A DNA stretch of 64,000 bases, taken from assembly GCF_037042905.1 (NCBI RefSeq), contig NC_087257.1:16554001-16618000 (forward strand), read 5' to 3'. The notes beneath the pieces were generated by a model. It did not search any database, had not been told where the DNA came from, and saw nothing but the letters and a program-made list of their open reading frames with translations. Source of the stretch: Lytechinus pictus (Eukaryota). Position numbers and translations under genes: made by a program. This document shows positions 14,701-25,100 of the stretch, piece after piece; within the stretch, counting starts at the first letter, position 1; each line of letters begins with the position of its first letter.

Positions 14701-16457
14701 GTTCCAAACATCATCAATATACAGACTAAGTTTAACATAAATTTTTAAAATTTGTACATACCGAAACACTCGATTTGACAAATTCTCTGCATAAATAAAT
14801 TAGAGATAAAATCATCAAAAATGTTGATGAGTGTCTGAAAACAACGAATACGTGTCCAGTTATGGATGACCTGACGTGGTAGAATCTTTATCGATTCAAT
14901 TATTTTACTATTTCAAAATGAATGGTTTTGTTGCGTTTTACCAACAGTTTTTATAGTTTCTGTGCATTACAATTATTATTGAATGATCTATCATACTTGT
15001 TTTGCAATGTAATTTCAACTTCTATGAATGAAAATTTTCAAATTTCGAGGCACTTTTGCATGTCATAGTCTACCCACGTGATGCCACTACGTCATTAAGA
15101 AAGAAGTTATGACTGGTTCGGAGGTGTCATAAATATTTAGTGAGGTTGTTGTACCCGATCTTGGTAAAGATCTGAAACGGTTAGCGGACAAGTAGCTCAC
15201 TATCTTCGATTTAGTCAAGAAGTTGGACTTATGACGGTGTTGAGAAACGGGCCCCAGCTGTAGATCTCCGGGATCAGTGGAGGAAGAAGATCAGTCGCAA
15301 GATTCGAATCTCAGCGTGAATTATTTTTTCAAAGTTTTTTGAAAAAATATGGCATGCCAAAAATACAAGTCCAAGAAGGCAAGATTTGTAGTGTGAATGA
15401 AAGCCTCCAATACACTACACAGACTGACAGTGACAGAGCTAGACTCTAGAGTTTAGTTAGCCCAAGTTAGCCTAGCCAGGCGGCTTCTAGAGAGTAAAAA
15501 TCATTTACTAACGTAAGGTCACTCTCATACGAAGCCAGGGCTTCCGTCATATACTTTTGCGTGTACCACCAAAAAACCTGAAACTTTCGCCCGAGAGATT
15601 TCTACTTTCTTTCTAAAAGATCTAGCCCTAAATCATGTACATGGGATACAACTTCATTTCCGACATTTCTACGCTCTCGTTGTTATTTTTTAACAAGAAT
15701 TCATCAAAAAAATGAGTGATATATTGTGTAAAGACGGAAGAGACTTGCCCGATGTTTACGCCGCCATCTTGTTTTCTATTGTTCTTCCCCAACGTTACGC
15801 GTTACCCGACGCACGCGTCTGTAACGTTGGCGAAGAACAAGTCAATAGGAAACAAGATGGCGGCGTAAACATCGGGCAAGTCTCTTCCGTCTTTACACAA
15901 TATTTCTCTCATTTTTTTGATGAATTCTTGTTCAAAAATAACAACGAGAGCGTAGAAATGTCGGAAATTAAGTTTTATCCCATGTAGGCCTACAATACAT
16001 CATAGGCCTAGGCCTACATGATTTAGGGCTAGGCCTAGATCTTTTATTTTAGAAAGAAAGTAGAAATCTCGGGGGCGAAAGTTTCAGGTTTTTTGGTGGT
16101 ACACGCAAAAGTATATGACGGAAGCCCTGGCTTCGTATGAGAGTGACCTTACGTTAGTAAATGATTTTTACTCTCTAGAAGCCGCCTGGCTAAGTTAGCC
16201 GTCAAAAAATACGCGAAGGGCTACATGCACTGACCCTGGGCCCTGGCAGATTTGTCCGCCGGAGATCGTGGCAGACAACGCGCCAAGCGTCCGACACCTT
16301 TCTCGCTCAAAAACCCCGATTACATTCTCACTAACCTGTGTCCTCCAGGAGGGCCCATCGAACCTCTATTTTGACCTTGGTAAGGAGAGAATCCTGAATT
16401 CCTTGATGGTGTACCCCCAGAATATGGATTCCTATGGTAGTTGGGTGTTCTTGACAT
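8787..16457 (-). CDS. MPLKIP: M-phase-specific PLK1-interacting protein (TTDN1) homologue, 187 aa; exons 16457-16336, 9917-9608, 8918-8787
   Basis: Three phase-compatible GT-AG exons (phases 2 and 0) give MSRTPNYHRNPYSGGTPS...SP/TP-, G- and R-rich body ending IERYFKQSMLEDPWKNL, which matches the MPLKIP C-terminal signature YFKxSMLEDPW. Confidence 0.9.
9203..9381. mobile_element. Harbinger-like MITE in MPLKIP intron 2
   Basis: Same TIRs as 6028-6201; CAG TSD. Confidence 0.7.
11759..13890. mobile_element. Non-autonomous DNA transposon (Sola-like) with internal TGTCCCGTACGACAC repeats
   Basis: TIR GGGYGATTCCA, 4-bp TSD AGCT (11755-58 / 13891-94); motif recurs at ~12120, 12288, tandemly 13215-13310, 13473, 13497, 13862. 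Confidence 0.65.
14235..15254. mobile_element. Harbinger-like non-autonomous element
   Basis: TIR GGGCCYGTTTCTCAACA, 3-bp TSD CAG. Confidence 0.75.
15473..16192. mobile_element. Foldback (palindromic) DNA element, ~330-bp arms, 8-bp TSD
   Basis: TAGCCAGGCGGCTTCTAGAG...CTCTAGAAGCCGCCTGGCTA; TSD AGTTAGCC at 15465-72 and 16193-200. Confidence 0.9.
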
Positions 16458-17156
16458 GTTGAAGTGATTATTCGCTTTTTACTGTTTCTTCTACAAAATA
16501 CAAGCAGGACACGGCTTTCCGGATGAACGAACTGCGCATGTGCAGTATTGAAGTTGCCGATTATTATTATGCGCTAATGCCGATCGCATTTTGTTTGGTG
16601 GCTTAGTTCGGGACGTGAAACGGAAATTAATCAAAAGTAAATCTATATCAATACACAGTAAAAACAAAATGGAATGGATGATGAATAGGCCCATACAAAA
16701 GTCCGATGGGATAAAAACAAAGAAATGTCATAAAAATTGTAAAAAATAAATCTCCAAGACTGCCCCGAATCGATCTTGTATACGTGAGAAACACCGTCAC
16801 TATTTCGAATGAAATATTTTAAACCTGTAATTATAATAGTGTTATAATGTTTAGAGAGGTTAATGTGAATCTATCGAATGCATTTCCCATATAAGGCAAA
16901 GGCGAGTGATGTTAGGCAAGGGGGTGACAGCAAATATGCCTACATAATATACGAGACCGATCTAGCCGTTTTCGTTTTTCACATGCATTTTGGCCCATAT
17001 ATATACCGCGGGTCTATTAATACTGATCGATTTTCATGTCCGCTATAGGCCACAAAGTAACCTTGTCCCACATTTTATTGGCCTATGTATTCGACAGTAC
17101 CATAAAAACACAACAACGGCCAGTCAAAAAAAAACACTCCTCATTATTAGGCTATA

Positions 17157-17362
17157 CACAGTAAAAACGCTGTTTAAGATTTTATACAACGCTGTTTACC
17201 TTATTTGTTTAACCGTTTAAACAATCATGTTTACATTATTGAAAATTAGATATTGAAAATTAAACTTTGTTGCTTAAGATTTAAACACTTGTTTAAAACT
17301 ATTTAAACAAATTACTGTAAGGTTCATATAGTAAACAGCGTTGTATAATTTTTTTTACTGTG
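17157..17362. mobile_element. Short EnSpm/CACTA-type MITE
   Basis: CACAGTAAAAA...TTTTTACTGTG termini with internal inverted AACGCTGTTTA motifs. Confidence 0.55.
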
Positions 17363-17540
17363 TGTGTGTGTGTATTTGAGTTTTGTCAGACGTGTATCAA
17401 TCAGATATGATTATTTACGTCTGGGACCGACCTTTAACGTCACCATACGAAAGACGTGACCAGGGCTCGAACCTCGAACCTCTGCATCAATTTGTAACTT
17501 CCCCACACCTTGGATTACAGGCGCACGCCACAACGCCCAA
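17363..17540 (-). mobile_element. SINE with 7SL-RNA-like head
   Basis: Minus strand GGGCGTTGTGGCGTGCGCCTGTAATCC resembles the 7SL 5' end; B-box-like GGTTCGAGCCC; SINE-like body; (CA)n tail. Confidence 0.65.
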
Positions 17541-17805
17541 ATGCAGTCAATTAAGTAATAGCGTAATTGTGTACAATTAAGTAATAGCCTACTTCCAATC
17601 ATTCCTAATTTATTTTCTACCATTAGGAATGTTACAATAATTCTTTGATTAATTAGTTAGGATTAGGACTGTACGTGTATTTTCATGGCCTTAAATCCCG
17701 GGGATTAGGGGATATAATACTCCCCGACACACACTTTTTGGAGGGGGGGGGGGGAACCGCGGGAATGTAATCATCGCCCCCACCACTTTTCAAGCCAGAA
17801 TATAG

Positions 17806-19079
17806 CCCAGAAGGAAAAACCAGTTCCACTGGACCAGTTAGATCAGTAGAATTTTAACTGGTAACTCTGAAAATTGGAACATCGGTTTACTGGTCTAACT
17901 GGTCATACTGGTCCAGTTAAACTTTTACTGGTCCAGTTAAAAATTAAACTGGTCTTGAATTACTGGATTTTTTTCTGGTGGTTGTTATACTGGTCTCACT
18001 GGTCCTTCACAAGCTGGTCTTCTTTACTGGTATTTTCTACTGGTCTTGACTGGTTCTCGAACTGGTCCTCGTACTGGTCTTACTGGATCAATTTATTACA
18101 TGCATTTGGTTTGTTATATACCATGGTCAGTGAAATGTGATGGAAAAGATGGTTAGTAAATTAATCTTTCTGCTGTCATTTTAAATGTGATATATGAAAT
18201 TACACATTTTCGTTGTGAATTAGTTCACACACTTATTTGGAAAGTTTTTAAACAACAATGAGTGCCATTGCAAGGATATTCCATTCTAAATCCTGATTTT
18301 TCTTTTAAAAACAGGAAATATGCAAATGAGGTAAACCACTTTATCAGCATCATCAGAATTACTGGTATTACTGGTCTTGACCAGTTCAATTTCAAACAAT
18401 GAATTACTTTAGACCAGTTGACTATATCAGAGGAATATATCTTGCTTCGATCTTAATCATAATTAAAGGAAATAATTATTTTAATGATAATGTTAATACT
18501 TGATAATTATGAAAATATTAATAATAATAATAATTACAATATCGATAAAAATGATAACAGTAATAAGAATGATAACAACAATGATCATAATAATCATAAT
18601 AATAATTATGATAATTATAAGAATGATGATAACGATAATAACTTTCTCTGAATTGCAAGATTCATTTTCCATAATTCGTCAAATGATCTGACTTGAAATA
18701 AAGTCATTATTTATTGGACCAGTAACACCAGTTTGATGAAAAACAATTTAACTGGTATTACTACTTTGCTTCAACTGGAATGCAATTGTTTGAACTGGTC
18801 TCCAGTTGATTTATACTGGTCCAGTTAAAAATCAACTGGTCCAGTAAACATATACTGGAAACCATTTATTTGACCAGAAACACCAGTTTGATGAAAAACA
18901 ATTTAGCTGGTATTACTCATTGCTTCAACTGGAATGCAATTGTTGGAACTGGTCTCCAATTGATTTTTACTGGTCCAGTTAAAAATCAACTGGCCCAGTA
19001 AAAATATACTGGAAACCAGTAAAATTCTACTGGAAACCAGTAAAAATTCTTACTGGTCTTACTGGTTTTTCCTTCTGGG
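17806..19079. mobile_element. EnSpm/CMC-like non-autonomous element with ACTGGT subterminal repeats
   Basis: TIR CCCAGAAGGAAAAACCAGT, 2-bp TSD AG, dense ACTGG/CCAGT arrays at both ends, (ATA)n core. Confidence 0.8.
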
Positions 19080-19985
19080 AGGCTTTATTTTTCTAATCAT
19101 CAAAATGATTGATACTACGGTTCATGTGCATGTGGATTCATCTTAAAATGCAGCAAAAGTAAATTGGTATAATTTTGCATTCCGAAAACGCAAATTTTTC
19201 AGTCTATTCTCACAAGAATTTGTCGAGTCTATCATAATGAATAATCCCTTATAGCAATGGTTATATCTGCTGCATCATGAGAGTATGGTTATTGTAGTCC
19301 AAATTATTGTATGATAGAATTTTAGGTATGGTTATGACTTTGATGATTAACCAATAAAAAAAAACCCGTTAAGTAGGCCTATACACTGGCGTGAATGGGG
19401 GGGGGGTATTAATAATTTATACAAAAATATAGGCCTATCCTATACCATGTATACAATGAGCCATTGATGACATTGACCAAAATGCTGTTTATGAAACACT
19501 GAGCCACATTAATTAGGACAGCAATGTTAACTATTTTTATATGATACTTTAAATCACATTTAGTTAACACAACAATCTAACAAATATTCAAAATGTGAAT
19601 GTCGCATCATCTCCCAATATAATCTTGAAGATTATTATAAATCTTTTCTTTCTGCAATCTTTTCCTTTTCATTTACATATATCATTATGCTTTTTTACGT
19701 TTTTGGAAGCCTGTGATGGCCTACACATTTCATATGGACCCTTATTCTTGATGATCATGATCCCATTTTGTTTCATTTTCATCTCACCTTAAACCAGTGA
19801 TCGAGCAAATGCGTTTCGTTGAACAAAATAATCTCGACTGTTCAATCATTTTGCTCTTTATTTTCCCTTTCTTCATAAGGTTTACGTTTTAGATAATTTA
19901 CCCTTTACCTCTGTTACTGTAATTATATGCATATTATCTCAAAAGAATGAAGTAATTTTTTCAAGACTCGCTCACTATACATACA

Positions 19986-20263
19986 CACTAAGAAATAAAA
20001 GTTCAAAATTGAACCCCGAAAGGTTGATGCAAATTGAACCCCTGATTGGGGTTCAAAAATTGAATCCCTGGTTGGGGTTCATTTTTGCACCCTGCGGGTT
20101 AAAAACTGCACCCCTAAATTTTAAATTGAACCTCTAGGGGTGCAGTTTTGGACCCGCAGGGTGCAAAAATGAACCCCAACCAGGGGTTCAATCTTTGAAC
20201 CCATAGGGTGCTGATTTTGCATCAACCTTTCGGGAATCAATTTTGAACCTTTATTTCTTAGTG
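19986..20263. mobile_element. CACTA-type MITE
   Basis: CACTAAGAAATAAA...TTTATTTCTTAGTG termini; internal short TGAACCCC/GGGGTTCA repeats. Confidence 0.75.
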
Positions 20264-20794
20264 TATACGCTCACTCGCCTTATTTCTCTCATAATTACAC
20301 ACTCCTTGAAAGACGATTTTGGTTATCATTCTGCAAGTCGTTCAGCTTTTAACAAATCGCTCGCATGTGGAATGATTGATCACAACAAAACCTTTACAAT
20401 AGCCATTGAAAAAAAACTGTGATAGGCCTTTAATCATCCTCAACAAAAAGTGATAGATGATAATATTATGTACATTATGTACTCTGGTATTCATAACCTG
20501 TGGAGTGAAAATTACACACCACTTGAAAAAAGTTTTAGGACACCATTTTCTCTTTCAACTACTGAAAATTTGCTCACTCGCTTACTGTAATTCAGTAGTT
20601 TAGGTTAAAAAATTCCATTACTAAATAGCCATCGAAAAAAATCAAGATAGGCCTTTAACTATGTAGGTCAATATATTGTTATCACCCCCCCCCCCCCTTC
20701 CCCACGTACTGCTCCGACCATTGGTAGTTTTTATATCTGAACATTTTCTGAACCTCGAGTTCTTCGAAAAGTTACTGTGGTGTACTCCGGCCGT

Positions 20795-20840
20795 CACATG
20801 CGCATGCATCACGGAGGGCATCGAATTGTGACATCACAAT
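20795..20840 (+). promoter_or_regulatory. Promoter motifs of paralogue A (NRF1-like TGCGCATGC and CRE-like TGACATCA)
   Basis: Equivalent motifs retained upstream of paralogue B (48096-48150). Confidence 0.45.
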
Positions 20841-20994
20841 AAATGAAACTTATGCAATGCGCGTCTTAAATCACCCTGGGAACGCCTACTTATTGTCACA
20901 ATGATTATTGTAATGATTTTCTCCGAGTGAACTTGCATTTAGCAGTTTCTCTGATATTTCTTTACGAATCTTCGGAATTTTCAAAATCTTTATC

Positions 20995-23677
20995 ATGGGA
21001 TGTACAAATTCTAAAGTATGTCCTCTACCAATGGGTTTGGTGGTAGATACTTCACAAACTCGGCGCAAAAAGCGCAATGGGAGATCATTGTTGAAGGCTT
21101 TGACCAATTTGTTCCGCAGGAGGAATAAAGTAAGAAACCCTTCTATTTGCTGTTTTCTTGAAAATAATCACATTGAGTTGCCATGATAGGCCATTTACGT
21201 TCATTGTTTAATATTCTAAACAAAGTCTTATTTCTGCACTAGATCTAATTAACATAATAAAGCCGAACTCTTGTTTTAACACACTGATTTGTATAAAGTG
21301 GGCGAAGATAATGATGAAAACCACAAAACATCAAGGACTCTGTTTCTTTCAAAAAACAAAGAATAAATTGTGTAATGAAAAGAGAGTTGGAGATTAGAAA
21401 GAGAATCAGATGCCAGGGGCCGCGGAATGATTTAAGAGGTGTACGTATTTAAATCTATGGTAATAGTGGGGGTCGAACATGCATAAAAATAAAAACACAA
21501 ACAAACGCACGCACAAAACTTGATGGTAATTTTCATATATTTCTTTTTACACATTTATTAAAAACTGTAAAGTGTTTGTATGGTGGGGGGGGGGGGGGTC
21601 TGTGGTCAATGTAAACAGAGATATAGCATTTCCATGTGAAGCTCATGAGTGGTAATAGGAAGCCTACAAATACCAATATATAGGGATCATTGGCGTATCG
21701 AAATGGGGGCATACTATGATGATAGTTATGGCCTGTATGATCGATAGAGATAGAGAAAGAGAATAGAGAGAATTATGGACAGACAGCTATTAATAGAGAG
21801 AAAGTGATGAGGGAGAGATGAAAGAATGGGGTGAGGGTTGTTAACTCGAGCTAAAGCTATTGGTTTGCACCAGCATTATGAGCAAATTAATTCATAGACT
21901 TCAACATAATTGTCAATAGGTGGTACCCATCAATTTCTCTCGAATCGGTGACGTCATCGACCAGCCTTCAACATCCTATCTGAGAGACGAGACAATGATC
22001 AACGCACATGACTTCCTGGCCTATCGTAAGTCCATGTTTGAAACTTCTCAAAGGAATTATAGCTGTAGGCCTGTCTTGCTTATAATAAACATAAAGCTTT
22101 TTTTGGCAAATGTAATTCAAATTTTTTTGTAATACCTCATACATGTCATATAGAGAATGGTTATATGTTTAAGAAAAAAGGGGTAAGGCAATTTGACACA
22201 ACCGATATTTTAAAAGAGTCTCAGTGATCAAAAAGTTTTGCGAATCCGATACAATATATTTCCCAATCAGATTAACCGTGAACTAGCAGTAGACAGAGTA
22301 AAATTTATGACTACGAATTATTGTGGAAGAAAATTTTGCCATGTTTCTTAAGACCTTCCACTAAATAGGCCTTTTCTTTTACATGTCCGGTTGAAATAGA
22401 ACGATTCTTGGCAAGTACTGTTCTCGAAGACAGCGAGCCCGTCTTTGACGACGATGATGACACGGTCAAGCAAAAGCAGCCATCTATGTCATACCCACCA
22501 GGAAAAGTCAAGAAGAGCTGTGACATCCTCGTCATTGGTAGGTCTTTTATTTCTCTCCCAGAAGCGGCAATACAATAAGAAGATATTATTAGGATGAAGG
22601 TGGCCATGATTTGCGGGGCAGTAAAAAAATCAAAGTTTAACAAGACAAAATAGAGTCTAGATATGAAAAGGGTAATTTGGATGTATTTACGAGTTGACCC
22701 TCGTTTTTTTTTTTTTGCAGATCATCCTTCAGATGAGAACCCTTCTGCTCACATTATTCCAATCAAGGCACGGCCTGGGGGTGTGGCTTTTGAGGTTGCA
22801 AATAAATTTGATCCAATCACAGATATGGCAGACGTCAAAGTCAGCCGAGGGGGCGTGGCTTTTGAGATCACAACGGATGAATCTCCGGTTCGGTCTGCAG
22901 AAAGTACCGAACCATCAGAGATGTCTCTGCCTAGCCCACCAATCACAACCATGAGCTGCACACGTCACACCAAGGAAGGTGTGGCTTTTGAGATCGACTT
23001 CGGCGATGACGAAAAGCAGAAGCAACAACTACGGTCTCTCAGCAAAGTGACATCACGAATTGCCAAGGAGGGATGGAGCGAGCGTGACGTCATCAAAGAA
23101 ACTGATGACGTTTGGGTGGCCAACAAAGTTCTTGCAATGAACGTAAGTGGAAGTATCATAATTTTCAGACTGGATTTAACAGTTAAAAGTCTTCATCTTT
23201 TTCTTTGGGGGGCTTAACACATGGTGAAATTTTTCATGATCTGTAAAATTCATATTGTTGAAAGATTGACATTTATGTGGAAATATTACAGCAGACCTCA
23301 GTCAAACTTCATTTTAAAATATGTTGGTAACTCTGAGAGAAAGAGAAAAGATGCAAAACCATGTTAATTCTGAATATTTTTGGAAAGTATATATGCTTTT
23401 TACCACATTATAATCGATGCCCTGAAAGTAAAGTATAAAAACTGAAAATCGAAGTCTCTTTTTTTCCTTTGTTTGCTTTCAGGACAAAGCAAAGAGGAAC
23501 GAGAAACGGTTGGCTTCTCTGAAGAAGGCTGAGGAAGAGTTCGACCTGATGACAGCTACTATGACAGAGAGAGCCCTTGACAGCTTTCACTACATCCTGG
23601 TGAAAGAGACCTGCACAGAACACAGTCTTCTTAGGAGAGCTCAGTTCAAGGCCTGGCAGAAGAAGATGATGCAGTAG
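20995..23677 (+). CDS. Uncharacterised N-myristoylated/palmitoylated protein with 3 stathmin-like GVAFE(V/I) motifs, paralogue A, 331 aa; exons 20995-21129, 21920-22025, 22400-22537, 22721-23142, 23483-23677
   Basis: Five GT-AG exons join in frame (996 nt); exon structure, phases and stop position are shared with the paralogue at 47941-45082; MGCTNSK N-terminus. Confidence 0.85.
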
Positions 23678-25100
23678 ATAGAACAAAGAAGAACGAGAAA
23701 CCCTTGGCTTCACCGAGGAAGGCCGATGAAGAGTTCGACCTGATGACAGCCACTATGACAGAGATCGAGAACCCTTGACAGCTTCCACTACATCCTGGTG
23801 AAGGAGACCTGTACTGAGCACAGTCTTCTTAGGAGGGCCCAGTTCAAGGCCTGGTAGAAGAAGATGATGCAGTAGATAGAACAAAGAAGAACGAGAAACG
23901 CCTGGCTTCACCGAGGAAGGCTGATGAAGAGTTTGACCTGATGATAGCTACTAATGACAGAGAGAACCCTTGAAAGCTTCCACTACACCCTGGTGAAGGA
24001 CACCTGTATTGAGCACAGTCTTAGGAAGGCTTAATTCAAGGCCTGGCACTTGAGCAAATGGGAACGAGGAAGGCTTGGCTTCTCTAAGAAAGGCTGATCA
24101 TGAAGAGTTCGACAAGATGAAAGGCTCTGTGACAGAGAGTACCCTTGGATAGCTTCCACTACACCCTGGTAAAGGAGACCTGCACTGAGCACAGTATAGG
24201 CTAAGTTCAATGCCTGGCAGAAGAAGATGATGCAGTAGACTGAGCAAAGAGGAACGAGAAACTCTTGGCTTCTCTGAGAAAGGCTGATCCGATGAAGACT
24301 TCGACAAGATGAAAGGCTCTATGACAGAGAGTACCCTTGACACCTTCCACTACACCCTGGTAAAGGAGGCCTGTAAAGAACAAAGTCTTCTTAGGAGAGC
24401 TCAGTTTAAGCCTGTCAGGAGAAGATGATGCAAAGGACTGAGAGAGGAGGAACATCTTGGATTGATGACAGCTACTATGAAAGAAAGTACCCTTGACTCC
24501 TCGTGAAGGAGACCTGTAGCTGAACAGTGTTCATAGGAGGGCCTAGTTCAAGGTATGTCATAGGAAGATGATGCAGTAGACCGGACGAGACAGATCGCCT
24601 TGGACTGATAGTTTCTTCTGAGGAGAAGACTCTGATAACAGATACGATTCCTGTACATTCTGGTGAATCTTTATACGAAGGCCCAGTTCATCCTGGCTTG
24701 GTAGGAGATGCATCATACTGTAGATTGAGCAAGGAATAAATTCTTGCAGTCCTAGTTGAGATGGAGAATACAGCAAACATGCTCAATAATTCTGGTGAAG
24801 GACTCAATTTTGCAAAATACGGTCTTATAGGCAGCTTAGGGCGTGACAGAACAATAAGATTTAGTAGACTGAACTAGGAGTAACTTATGTATCTAGAAGG
24901 AACAAAGATTCTTCTGTTTGCGCGTTTGCTAATGAAGGAGATCGGTCCTAAACACAGCACCCAAAGCCAGAGTCCGTCTCCGGCCATGCCGGCCGTGTAG
25001 AAGATGATGCAGTACGTAGACTTAGCAGAGTAATAACTGAGGAAGGCTTCAGATAAAATGGATACCAATTTGGATACAACGGGCCTTCTACAGTCGTGTC
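23678..25100 (+). repeat. Decaying tandem array (~170-200 bp unit) of the terminal coding exon, 3' of the stop of paralogue A
   Basis: Anchor AACGAGAAA-like at 23498, 23692, 23890, 24063, 24253, 24451; GAAGATGATGCAGTA recurs to ~25010. Confidence 0.9.

Noticed and set aside
17450-17540. Functional 7SL/SRP RNA gene
   Set aside because: Similarity covers only the first ~80 nt; no S domain or 3' Alu strand
18500-18691. Ile/Met-rich hydrophobic ORF
   Set aside because: (ATA/ATG)n simple repeat inside a transposon
23408-24776. Minus-strand ORFs with LLHHLLLPG motifs (and plus-strand equivalents at 44377-45282)
   Set aside because: Antisense shadows of the terminal exon repeat; splice signals and synonymous changes support the opposite strand
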